A stretch of DNA of 63,319 nucleotides, filler included, from Folioceros fuciformis (taxonomy: Eukaryota), in the NCBI GenBank assembly GCA_049999805.1. It is 15 parts of 15 records of this genome, joined end to end, with 100 filler letters (N's around TTAATTAATTAA, not from the genome) between each part and the next. Parts side by side here need not be neighbours in the genome. Positions count along the whole stretch, not along the records: positions 1 to 2,292 come from JBNGIO010002291.1; positions 2,393 to 9,143 come from JBNGIO010002292.1; 13 more parts are not named here. One strand, written 5' to 3'. The notes below the pieces were generated by a model. That model saw nothing but the letters and a program-made list of their open reading frames with translations. It was not told the origin of the DNA and did no database searches. Below are positions 1-9,243 of this stretch, in pieces (the first letter of the stretch is position 1; each line of letters begins with the position of its first letter). Both the position numbers and the translations under genes were made by a program.

Positions 1-89
1 AAATAAGTTGAAAAAGAAAACCAAACCATACCACTATTAACCCTTTTCCAACCAAAACAAACTACTACCCCAAACTTTGGAGGTTCACA
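1..89 (-). mobile_element. Start of the 3' LTR (TGTGAACCTCC...) of a Ty3/gypsy-type element (LTR-A end)
   Basis: The minus strand reads a polypurine tract GAGAAGGGAGGCA and then TGTGAACCTCCAAAGTTTGGGGTAG. The same terminus recurs at 644, 2472, 13165, 17630 and 20221. Confidence 0.8.
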
Positions 90-105
90 TGCCTCCCTTC
101 TCAAC
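90..105 (-). other. Polypurine tract of the gypsy element
   Basis: Purine run GTTGAGAAGGGAGGCA lies between the integrase stop and the LTR TG. Confidence 0.7.
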
Positions 106-141
106 TGTTTGCGTCCTCGCAAGCAACTAACCCTCTCAGGG

Positions 142-391
142 CTAATAGTACTTCTTGACTTGCCAACCATTGACCCTAGTTGGCAACAAATCACCATCCA
201 ATACCCTCAACTGGACAGACCCATTCTCAAACACTTCCTCCACCTTGTAAGGACCCATCCACCTAAGCCTCAGCTTACCTGGGAAATCCATGTACCTATT
301 GTCATACAGTAGCACCAGATCGCCTTGTACGATGGTCTCCTTCTTCCTCAACCTACCATCGTGGCGGGTTTTCCTTTGCTCTTGTATCCTA
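142..391 (-). pseudogene. Ty3/gypsy integrase C-terminal fragment (GPY/F motif, non-chromovirus type)
   Basis: Translation GDLVLLYDNR...PGKLRLRWMGPYKVEEVFENGSVQL...RVNGWQVKKYY. Confidence 0.85.
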
Positions 392-396
392 TGTCA

Positions 397-644
397 CCCA
401 ACCCTATGGCCTGGTACCGAACCTAAACCTTCCCAGGTCTAGGACCAAACCTATACCCACTCTTATAACCAAACCAACTATTTCCTGGTCAATTAACCTA
501 ATTAGCACAAAGGAAAAATAGGAAAAATGACCAGAAAATCAAGGAAAACTAGGGAAAATAAGTTGAAAAAGAAAACCAAACCATACCACTATTAACTCTT
601 TTTCAACCAAAACAAACTACTACCCCAAACTTTGGAGGTTCACA
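397..644 (-). mobile_element. First ~250 bp of a second LTR-A copy (5' LTR of an internally deleted element)
   Basis: Near-identical to 1-89 and collinear with 20221-20443. It diverges from the 20221 copy after CCATAGGGTTGGG and joins integrase sequence. Confidence 0.7.
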
Positions 645-2292
645 CAAATGCTCCCGCACACAGATCCACATCAGTCCTTGACCTCGTTCATGCGGATATC
701 TCAGGCAGATTACAAGTGCCATCACTGGGTGGTGCCGAGTATTACCTCACCTCACGGATGATTATAACCGTTATACTTGGACTTACCCTATGAAATATAA
801 ACAAGAGACATTTACCTTCTTTAAGGATTGGTTATTGGTTGCTCAGAGGCAAACCGGCAGATTGCTCAAGCTGTTCAGATCTGACAATGGAGGAGAGTTC
901 GTTAACAATGCCTTCACCCAGTTCTTGAACGAGCAAGGTATCATCCATCAGCTTATCGTTCCTTACACTCAACAGCAAAACAGAGTTGCTGAAAGGAAGA
1001 ACCAAACCTTGATGGGGATGACTCGTTTAATGTTGCTGTGGTCTGGCTTGCCATCACCTTACTGGGCCGAAGCCGTGGTTACGGCTACATACATTTGGAA
1101 TCGTCTGCTCACATATTCTGTTCCGGATAAAACTCCATATGAAGTGTTCTGGGAACGCAAGCCCACCATCTTGCATCTCAGGATCTTTGGATCACGTGCC
1201 TTTGCTTACATACCTGCTAAAAAACGACGTAAGTTAGATAATAGGTCACAGGACCTTATCTTCGTCGGCTATAGCGAGGTAACCAAGGCATATAAATTGA
1301 TTGATCCAGGCAGCTTACAACCTGTAATATTGCTAGAAGTGTTACATTTGTGGAGACTTTGTATCCTTCAGTCCTTGGTGAAGATGATAGACCAGTGGAC
1401 TCTGCAGACCTTACTCACCTTCTCTACACAGAAGATCATGTTGATTATCCAGACGTGCAGACCAGACTGATCTAGAGCTCCCAGCTCAATCCTACTTCCC
1501 CCCTAATCAGCCTGTACAACTTGAACAGGTTGATGAATTTGTTGAATCCGCAGCCCATGCACCTGCACATGATCCAGATCAAGAGGTAGTTAATGAAAAT
1601 GATTCTGAAGTGGATTCTAACACGAATGATGAAGATTTTCATCATGACTTTGTAGAGATAGATGAAATGGAGCCTATAGACCTATCAGCTCCTGATCTTC
1701 CACCTCAGTTTGCCATTCCTTACCCACCTCGACGATCAGATTGTCATCGTCCACCTCCTTCACAATGGACAGAGCCTCCCTACTCATCTGTGGACTTTCG
1801 TCATTTAGTGGGAGCCTACCAGCCATGTTCACATGCTGCCTCATCTTCTCCTATCCCTCCTGAGCCTATCACCCTTACAAAAGCATTTATAGGCCTTGAT
1901 AAGCAGAAATGGAAAGCAGCAGTGGATGATGAATATAAAAGCCTCATGGACAATGGCACCTGGAAGCTCGTACCTCGTCCCAAAGGTCGACGTCCAATTA
2001 CCTGCAAATGGGTATTTAAGCATAAGTTGAATGCAGAGGGAGAAATTGCAAGATACAAGGCACGACTTTGTGCCCGAGGTTTCACCCAAGTACTTGGTCT
2101 CGATTTTCAGGAGACTTTCTCGCCAGTGGTACGTTCACAATCCATTCGCCTTATGCTTGCCCTCGCTGCTGAACACGATCTTGAGCTTGAGCAGATGGAC
2201 GTTAAGACCGCCTTTCTCCATGGTGTTCTTGAGGAAGAGTTGTACATGGAGCAGCCCGAGGGCTATGAAGACCCTGCACATCTAGACTGGGT
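645..2292 (+). mobile_element. Degenerate Ty1/copia pol (integrase to RT N-terminal half)
   Basis: Motifs VLDLVHAD, RSDNGGEF, PYTQQQNRVAERKN, GTWKLVPRP, YKARLCARGFTQ and QMDVKTAFLHG. Frameshifts are present. Confidence 0.95.
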
Positions 2293-2392
2293 NNNNNNNN
2301 NNNNNNNNNNNNNNNNNNNNNNNNNNNNNNNNNNNNTTAATTAATTAANNNNNNNNNNNNNNNNNNNNNNNNNNNNNNNNNNNNNNNNNNNN
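2293..2392. other. Artificial contig spacer N44-TTAATTAATTAA-N44 (first of 14)
   Basis: The identical 100-nt all-frame-stop linker also starts at 9144, 11182, 12716, 14337, 17493, 19287, 20849, 24709, 26510, 27990, 34452, 37197 and 59157. Confidence 0.98.
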
Positions 2393-2472
2393 GAAAAAGA
2401 AAACCAAACCATACCACTATTAACCCTTTTTCAACCAAAACAAACTACTACCCCAAACTTTGGAGGTTCACA
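2393..2472 (-). mobile_element. LTR-A terminus abutting copia RNase H
   Basis: Junction ...CCCCAAACTTTGGAGGTTCACA|ATAGCACTGG. Confidence 0.85.
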
Positions 2473-2708
2473 ATAGCACTGGAGCCCTATCACTCGCAGA
2501 AAATCCTGTCTTTGATGCGAGAACTAAACATATTGAAGTGCATCATCACTTCATTTGTGGAGCTGTATCCTCAGGCCAAATACATTTGGAGTACATCCCT
2601 ACAAACGCAAACGCGGCATATGTGTTAACAAAAGCTCTACCTAAAGGTAAACATCATCAGCTTAAAGAAGCTTTAGAAGTCCTGGACTCCTCTTACCTTT
2701 CCAAGTAA
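2473..2708 (+). mobile_element. Ty1/copia RNase H C-terminus
   Basis: Translation NSTGALSLAENPVFDARTKHIEVHHHFI...EYIPTNANAAYVLTKAL. Confidence 0.95.
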
Positions 2709-2763
2709 AGAGAAAGGTAGATCATGATTGTCACTGTCATTAAGTGTATTTCATGTTCTAGAC

Positions 2764-3893
2764 CTAGAAGGCCATAGACACAGAATCACCGTCAGAGTTT
2801 GAGCTACTACTATTAGGCATACCAAAGAACACACAGTGAGTATCTCCATTCGTTTTTCCCTTCTGCAACTCTACGTAGTTGGGGTCAAAATTGTGTCCAG
2901 TTGGTTCCTCTCTTGTGCCGTTGTCCTTTGAAGCATAGTCCATGTCAGTCTCCTCATGCATCCTCTGTCGAAACTTTGTGAGGAGTTGATGACACTACAG
3001 CCAGGAAGTTAGTCCAGATAGCATCCTCAAACCACAGCAACAGTGTGCATAAAATTAGAGGCAAGCTAGACAGACTTACTGTAGAAAGAAATAAAGTTCC
3101 CGTTCTCTCCACCCCATTTGAACCAGTCTTCCCTCACCATTTCTATTCTTGTAACGGTGCAAACATAAGCTTCAGGAGTAAGAGGGTTGTTGATACCGTC
3201 TCCATTAGTCACCAGTCTCACAGTCTTGCTCCTTTGTCCCCTAGGTAGAGTATAGGGTCTTGGGTTGTGTAGGATTGGCAAGACAACATACTCATCTTCG
3301 ATCTGCGGAGGAAGCTTCACTGCATTAAGAGGACCCACATGTGAGAAGCAGTTGTGATCAGTGGGAGCATGCACTGGAGCAGCGGGAGCACGAGATGGGG
3401 CGTTTGAACTTACAGCTAAAACATCGGTAGCCTGAAGCTGTCTTCAAAGAGTAGAAATCTCGTGAGTGAGAAGAGCTTTGCGCTTCTCCATCTGTTGGAT
3501 TTTCTTCATCCAGTACGCGTCGGTGTGTGTGGCCTCGTGCTTATCTCGTCTCAGCCTTTTTTGGAGCATGGTTGCGGCGAAGGCGGAGAGGCGCAACATC
3601 GTGACAGTCGCATGTGGGAGCTTGCGCAGGAGCACCTTCTTCAATAGGTGCTGGTGTTGAAGCAATAACGCAAGCCGCCACCATAGCGGCAGCAGTAGAA
3701 GCAGGATCTTTAGACTTCTTTGCAGAAGGCGGATTGAGCTTTGAGCTGGAATCTAGTGTCGCAGTTGGTTGACTCGAAGACCTTGGCGCAGCTCCAGATT
3801 GAACCATCTTGTCGGAAACTTGGAACATGTAACAGGAGCTGGCGTCTTGTGTTTCTGAGCAGAGAATTTAAGCAAGAGATTTGATGACGACAT
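2764..3893 (-). pseudogene. Degenerate antisense ORF between copia pol and the 3' LTR (unknown product)
   Basis: A chain of minus-strand ORFs (3541-3828, 3444-3665, 3066-3374, 2764-2961) can be joined through frameshifts and stops. It has an S/A/P-rich N-terminus and a coiled-coil-like segment. Confidence 0.45.
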
Positions 3894-4008
3894 GCGCGAG
3901 TGGGAGCTGAAGTACCTATTTGGAGTTCCTCGTGTTCGTGCTGCGCTGGTGAACGTTCAGACTAAGTTCAGTAAAGAAATTTCGATAAAATACCTAAGCA
4001 CTTCACAA

Positions 4009-4305
4009 TGAGCGGGAGTGTTGATTAATTAATATACATTGCTATGCTTAGGGCTAGCACCTTAGGTTGTTAGGTCATTTGGCGGTTACAACTGCCAGTA
4101 CTACTTTGACATATATGTAAGGATTAGAACATACTATATACTATTCTTCCTAGACATTGTGTGTGTAGATCACGTTTAATATATGAACACAATTGAAGAA
4201 GGAACAATGTCCAAAGTAGTTATGAAAACTGAATCTAAAACGTATGTTCAAGTCTATGTAACTTAAGTAATATTATATACGCATTATTCAAACGTGCCCT
4301 AATCA
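4009..4305 (+). mobile_element. Copia polypurine tract plus 3' LTR (TGTTGATTAA...CCCTAATCA)
   Basis: TGAGCGGGAG|TGTTG is a typical copia PPT/LTR junction, followed by ~290 AT-rich bp. The right end is approximate. Confidence 0.6.
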
Positions 4306-4884
4306 GGGCTCTAATAGCCATAACCTCAACAAGCTCAATGCACGCACGATCTGACTTTCCTTTAAGACCCAATGCACAAAATTTGTGACTTTCATCAAAA
4401 TACAACTTCCTAGCAGCCCGTGGTAGTCCCTTCTACGAACAACCCCCAAACCAAGTTGATTGTCCTCCACATCCACAAGCTGCAATCAACCTCACTCCAT
4501 GTCCACACATGGTCTCCCAAATTAACATTCCTTCACTTGCAATATAGGCACATCGATGTCAATGCATGATGCAAATGGTGTGCATTTGGCAAATAGTTCG
4601 TGCACTGCAAGCCACAACGGTAGGCCCTATCCCTCAAATCTTCTAGCTCCTGCACAAACCATTCTCAAGTTAGGATGTCGACCACAAACATTTGACTCAG
4701 CTCCCTCTCCCACTGCTTAAGACTTACCCCGGTCAGCAAGTGAACTGTGCACAATGCTAGCTCCTTTGGTGCATTGTTCCTTGCAAATTGAGGTCCCGGA
4801 ATCATAAACTCACTAGTAGTGTCGTTGTCAACACCATAGGGTGGAGGCCCTTCCAAACCTACTTAGGTGTTCTACTTCCTGGAA

Positions 4885-4956
4885 GGCCTTAGCTTGGAAT
4901 GTGGCCTCAGTTGGAATGTGGCCTCAGCTGGAATATGGCCTTAGTTGGAACGTGGC
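4885..4956. repeat. 17-bp tandem repeat x4 (GTGGCCTCAGTTGGAAT)
   Basis: Read directly from the sequence. Confidence 0.85.
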
Positions 4957-4971
4957 TGTCTACAAACACCA

Positions 4972-5129
4972 TTCTCCTCACCTTGTGCAAGTTACCGACA
5001 CAAACAAAGTTTTCCTCACCTTGTGCAAGTTACCGACACAAACAAAGTTTCCCTCACCTTGTGCAAGTTACCGGCACAAACAAAGTTTTCCTCACCTTGT
5101 GCAAGTTACTGGCACAATTAAAGTTTTCC
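4972..5129. repeat. 38-bp tandem repeat x4 (TTTTCCTCACCTTGTGCAAGTTACCGACACAAACAAAG)
   Basis: Read directly from the sequence. It duplicates the NLHKVR-coding segment of the transposase. Confidence 0.9.
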
Positions 5130-5320
5130 GACTCATCCCTCATTCTCAACATGAAGACAGCATGGAGTGAGTGCACATGCCAAGGATTCGTTGTATCTAG
5201 CTCATTGCTTGCTTGCAAATCCATCATATATCCCTTGTACAAGCAGGTCCATTTCTCTTTCAATGACCTCCAAAAGTGATCAATTCTATGCAACAACCCC
5301 AACTCACAGTATGTGATGGT

Positions 5321-5625
5321 TGTCGCAATGCATCTCTCATCTCCCATCCATGCCATTGCCATCCCTCTCACCAGGCTGCTGCAATGCATCTCTCAATCTC
5401 CCATTCATGCCATTGCCATCCCTCTCACCTGGCTGTCGCAATGCATCTCTCATCTTCCATTCATGTCATTAGCATCCCTCTCACATGGCTGTGGCAATGC
5501 ATCTCTCATCTCCCATCCATGCCATTGCCATCCCTCTCACCTGGCTGTCGCAATGCATCTCTCATCTCCCGTCCACGCCATTGCCATCCCTCTCACCTGG
5601 CTGTCGCAATGTATCTCTCATCTCT
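5321..5625. repeat. 56-bp tandem repeat x~5.4
   Basis: Unit TGTCGCAATGCATCTCTCATCTCCCATCCATGCCATTGCCATCCCTCTCACCTGGC. Confidence 0.9.
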
Positions 5626-7183
5626 AGATGGCCCTCTAATGAAGTTACTACCATTCTCCCGCGGTCTAGCCCTCACAAAGTGTGCCTCCACTTGGTTGTG
5701 CTCCGTTGCAAAGTCTGAGCGGATGCACTCTGGGTGACTAAACTTTTGCACTACCTCCAAGTATGCACTGTAGATCATCTCCGCCCTCTTGTTGTTGGCT
5801 AGCAAGGCCCACGTTACAAAGTGCATGGCACCATCTATTTCTCCGTGGACCTACGTATAGAGCATATATAGCTTGTCATATGCTGCATCCATTGCCCACA
5901 GTTACTTCTCCTCCACCATGAGAAATTCATGAATTTCCACACAATTAGTACCATCAATTGCACTCACAATCCATGTGCCACATAAACATGGGCGTCCTAT
6001 TCGTATATTACACTCTTCGCATCCTCAGTCTTGCGCGCATTTCCATTGCCTCCGATTGCAAAGCCCATAGTGCATCAGCGATTTTCCATCTTGGAATGAT
6101 GTACCCTGCGTCCACAATGTAGCCTTCACCAGCCCTACCCCCAGGTCACACCATGACTGGTGATGGCAACGTGCTGCACTATGAGCGCCGCAACTGCCTC
6201 TACTGTCAATTGCTGCCCAGCATAAGCACTTGTCCACCCTTGACAAGCGCCCAGCCACCTCCTCAATGTCCTAGCCGTGCAGCCAAGCTCGTCAGCTAAC
6301 CCGTTAAGAGTCCGTCCCGATCGCCTTGTCTCCAATGCCAACTCTTCCAAAACTTCCAACGGCATCGGGCAACCCCGATGTCGTTGTGGCCGCCCTCCCC
6401 CCCCTTTGCGACAGGATGTGCTCCACTGGATGCAATGGTGGAGTCCTCCCCTCCTATCGGCTTCCACATTTTCCGACCCCGACTACTCCGTTGTACCTGT
6501 CGTATGCGCTTTGCCTCGCCTACTGTCCACAATGCCCTATCACTGTGGCAATGTCAGCCCCTCATGGTTGCACTGGAGCCAATCTTCTCCCCAATCACCT
6601 CCCCCTGGCATCTAACGTTCAGCGCCTACGCGGGCAACTTGCTTTCAGTGCCCGCTCACTTCCCTTTCTCATGGAGTGTCCCTTTTCTTCGAGTTGCCTT
6701 CCACTTCAACTGCCGGGGATTCGCTGTAAGTGGTGGCCTACGGACTAGGGGCATGGGGCTATTCGCAATCATCAATCCCGTCCCCGTATTGGTCTCCGCC
6801 CAGCAGAAAGTCTCATTTTCATTGCAATTTCGGGCATATATTCTACAAACACATAGTCCGCACCAATTGTGCTATTGAGCATCGGGTCTACGAAGGAGCA
6901 TGGGGCCATTGAAGCCACTGGGGCCCCATCGAAGCCATAGGCCTCCTCGGCTCTGCAATGTTTAAGCAGCACCATACTGCATTCACGATCTTCCTCGTAT
7001 TCATGTTACGTATAAGGGTTTGCAAAAAAACCAAGTCTATTGCTAACATAGCCACTAGCAACCTCTCACACTTCTCGCACAAAACCAAAAAAACGTTCCC
7101 AATAGCCTCCGGCCAACCCCAAGTACTTTCAGAAGACAACCACTAACGTGAATTTGCCTCATCCTCACCGTAACCACCAAAGG

Positions 7184-9022
7184 CTATGGCATCCCGTAGA
7201 CAGCGTTGTGTGCGATGGCACTCTCCAAGCGCTCTAGCATGGCTGCAACTGATGCATATCGAGGAAGCAACAATGTCCCAGTGCAAGTTCGAGCTGTAGG
7301 TAGTTAGCCCTCCGCCAAGAGGGGCACCTCACACACAGTCATCAGACCACCGTCCCCGAAGAAAACCCGATCCGTGATGAATGTGTACAATTTTGCCCTC
7401 AATGCATACGGTAGATTTCTAACTGTTGCTGTGAACATGTCTCGCATGTCCAGTGAGCAGGCTTGGAATGTTGTTGCCCTCAAGAACTCCTCTGCCCTAC
7501 AAACCTGAGATGCACAAAAGAACAAGTTGACCACCTCAACGGGCATGGTATCCACAATGGGCAATCGGATTCGAGCTTCCAGGCTATCGACGATGTGCCT
7601 GAAGCCCTCACCCACCATCCCTCCAACTGGTTGGCAACTCCGGAACAGAAGCTCCTCAGTCAGTTTCTCCTTCAAATACATCAACATCGACACGGAAGTG
7701 TGGCCCTGGCTGGAACCTAGCAAAGTGCTTGAAGAATGCAGGGTTCGCTGCAGTCACTAGAGCAACTGCTTCCTTTATGGTTGCATCTTGTTGGTCTGTT
7801 GCCGCTCGAGCGGACTTCTTAAGCAAAGACAAGACAGCCATCAGCTCCGGGTAGAAGACCTTCATATTTACCTTGAAAGCTTTCTTCAAGTAGGTGGTGC
7901 CGGGTTGGTCATGCCATGCCTTATGCACACCAAACTTCTGGCTCCCCAAGGCATGTGCAAGCGTGCCTGTTGTCATCGGCTTCGACACCTCCACACCATT
8001 TGTCAATACAAGAAACACAAGAAACCTGAAAAACTGTGCCTGCACAGCATGGCACACGCATCACATGCATTGCCTCAAACACATGCCCCACACCCCTCAG
8101 CCGTTTGTGGTTTGGTGCATACCACCATTTCGCTGAGGGCGGAAGCAGGCTTTCCTTTCTTCACGTGGCACACAGTCCTACACGAGTTATGGCCGTCCCT
8201 GGAGTCAAACACACAGTTCATGAGAATCGGGTTCTGCCAGAATTGCCGCCATGCTTCGCTGATGCACCTCCGCGTTGGCCCACAGGCGTCCACCGTTTCT
8301 GCCTCTAGCAACGCTCCTCCTCCGTGCCTGGTCATGTATTGGACCTTGAACTCAGGGAACACTCCCATGCGCTCGACGTGCCCCCTGAAATGCTCGAAAA
8401 GTGCGCTGCACTCCATGCCTGCCTCTACCTGCTTTGCAAGTACACTGGATGTGATTAGCATGGCAACCATCTGTACGCATCTAGAATCACTATTCACATG
8501 TAGCTTACCCGCAGAATAGTTGTGCGCATCGTACGCCTCCTGCGCCGCCTGCAAGTTCATTTCATCGAAGTCCACAACACGATCATGTTGGCGGGGCGGT
8601 GGCCAGTCCCGCAATTGCAGCCAATCCCGGTGGCTGGCTTGTAAGCGAAGCAACTCATCCTCCTCAACTGTGTGCTGTAGGTTGCTCTCAGCCCACACCT
8701 TGCACAAGGCTTCCAGTTCAACAACTCCCAGGTCCATACTAGGATCAATGTCTTCCAACATTTGTATGACAAAGGCTGCTGGTGATGTTCGTTGTGCAAT
8801 GAAGCATTCTATGGCTGAGACTTCAAACATGTCAAAGCCAGGGATTGACACAATTTCTCGCACCAACAACTTCCCATCTCCGTCCGCCACACCAGTTGCT
8901 TTCTTTAAGATTTGGTCAAGCCGGGTGAGGACAGCTGCGTGCTCCTCATTCCCATCCGCCCGGGCCTCTCGTACGCGCGCTTCATCGACCATCTGGTAGA
9001 AGACTTTAGGGCCGAAAGCCAA
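7184..9022 (-). pseudogene. Divergent HECT-domain E3 ubiquitin ligase, degenerate; N-terminus uncertain
   Basis: N-lobe-like FKVQY...EAETVDACGPTRRCISEAWRQFWQNP. C-lobe FTATVRNLPYALRAKLYTFIT...G*LPTARTCTGTLLLPRYASVAAMLERLESAIAHNAVYGMP*, resembling the HECT consensus LPTAHTCFNxLxLPxY. Probable intron at ~8040-8095, one frameshift at ~7660-7700 and one internal stop at 7304. Confidence 0.75.
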
Positions 9023-9126
9023 GAAAGAGACTAGTCCAGGTCATGTGCCTTAAAGGGCCGAAAGCCAAGAGAGAGACTAGTCTAGGTCATGTGTCCTAGA
9101 GGGCCGAAAGCCAAGAGAGGGGCTAG
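9008..9126. repeat. 46-bp tandem repeat x2.6
   Basis: Unit AGGGCCGAAAGCCAAGAGAGAGACTAGTCTAGGTCATGTGTCCTAG, starting at 9008, 9054 and 9100. Confidence 0.85.
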
Positions 9127-9243
9127 CCTTGCAAATATCGATCNNNNNNNNNNNNNNNNNNNNNNNNNNNNNNNNNNNNNNNNNNNNTTAATTAATTAAN
9201 NNNNNNNNNNNNNNNNNNNNNNNNNNNNNNNNNNNNNNNNNNN

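Larger units (their letters stand above)
4560..6467 (-). pseudogene. Intron-containing IS3/IS481-like (IS3EU-type) DDE transposase, degenerate
   Basis: HTH GRTLNGLADELGCTARTLRRWL, then RV*YTNRTPMFMWHMD/intron/YDKL...VHGEIDGAMHFVTWALLANNKRAEMIY...HPECIRSDFATEH...GSNFIRGPS/intron/RIDHFWRSL...ELDTTNPWHVHSLHAVF...NLHKVR...YGVD. Stops and frameshifts are present, and both ends are approximate. Confidence 0.8.

Noticed and set aside
4972-5625. 38-bp and 56-bp arrays (also the 41-bp arrays at 21101 and 27600) as CRISPR arrays
   Set aside because: The units are contiguous with no unique spacers, there are no cas genes, and the context is eukaryotic.
5593-5826. Integrase motif as part of the neighbouring copia element
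   Set aside because: It is on the opposite strand, lies outside the copia 3' LTR, has introns and an HTH, and its motif spacing differs from copia RSDNGGEF/ERKN.
7788-8999. Plus-strand ORFs of 243 and 159 aa
   Set aside because: They are antisense shadows of the HECT-like gene.
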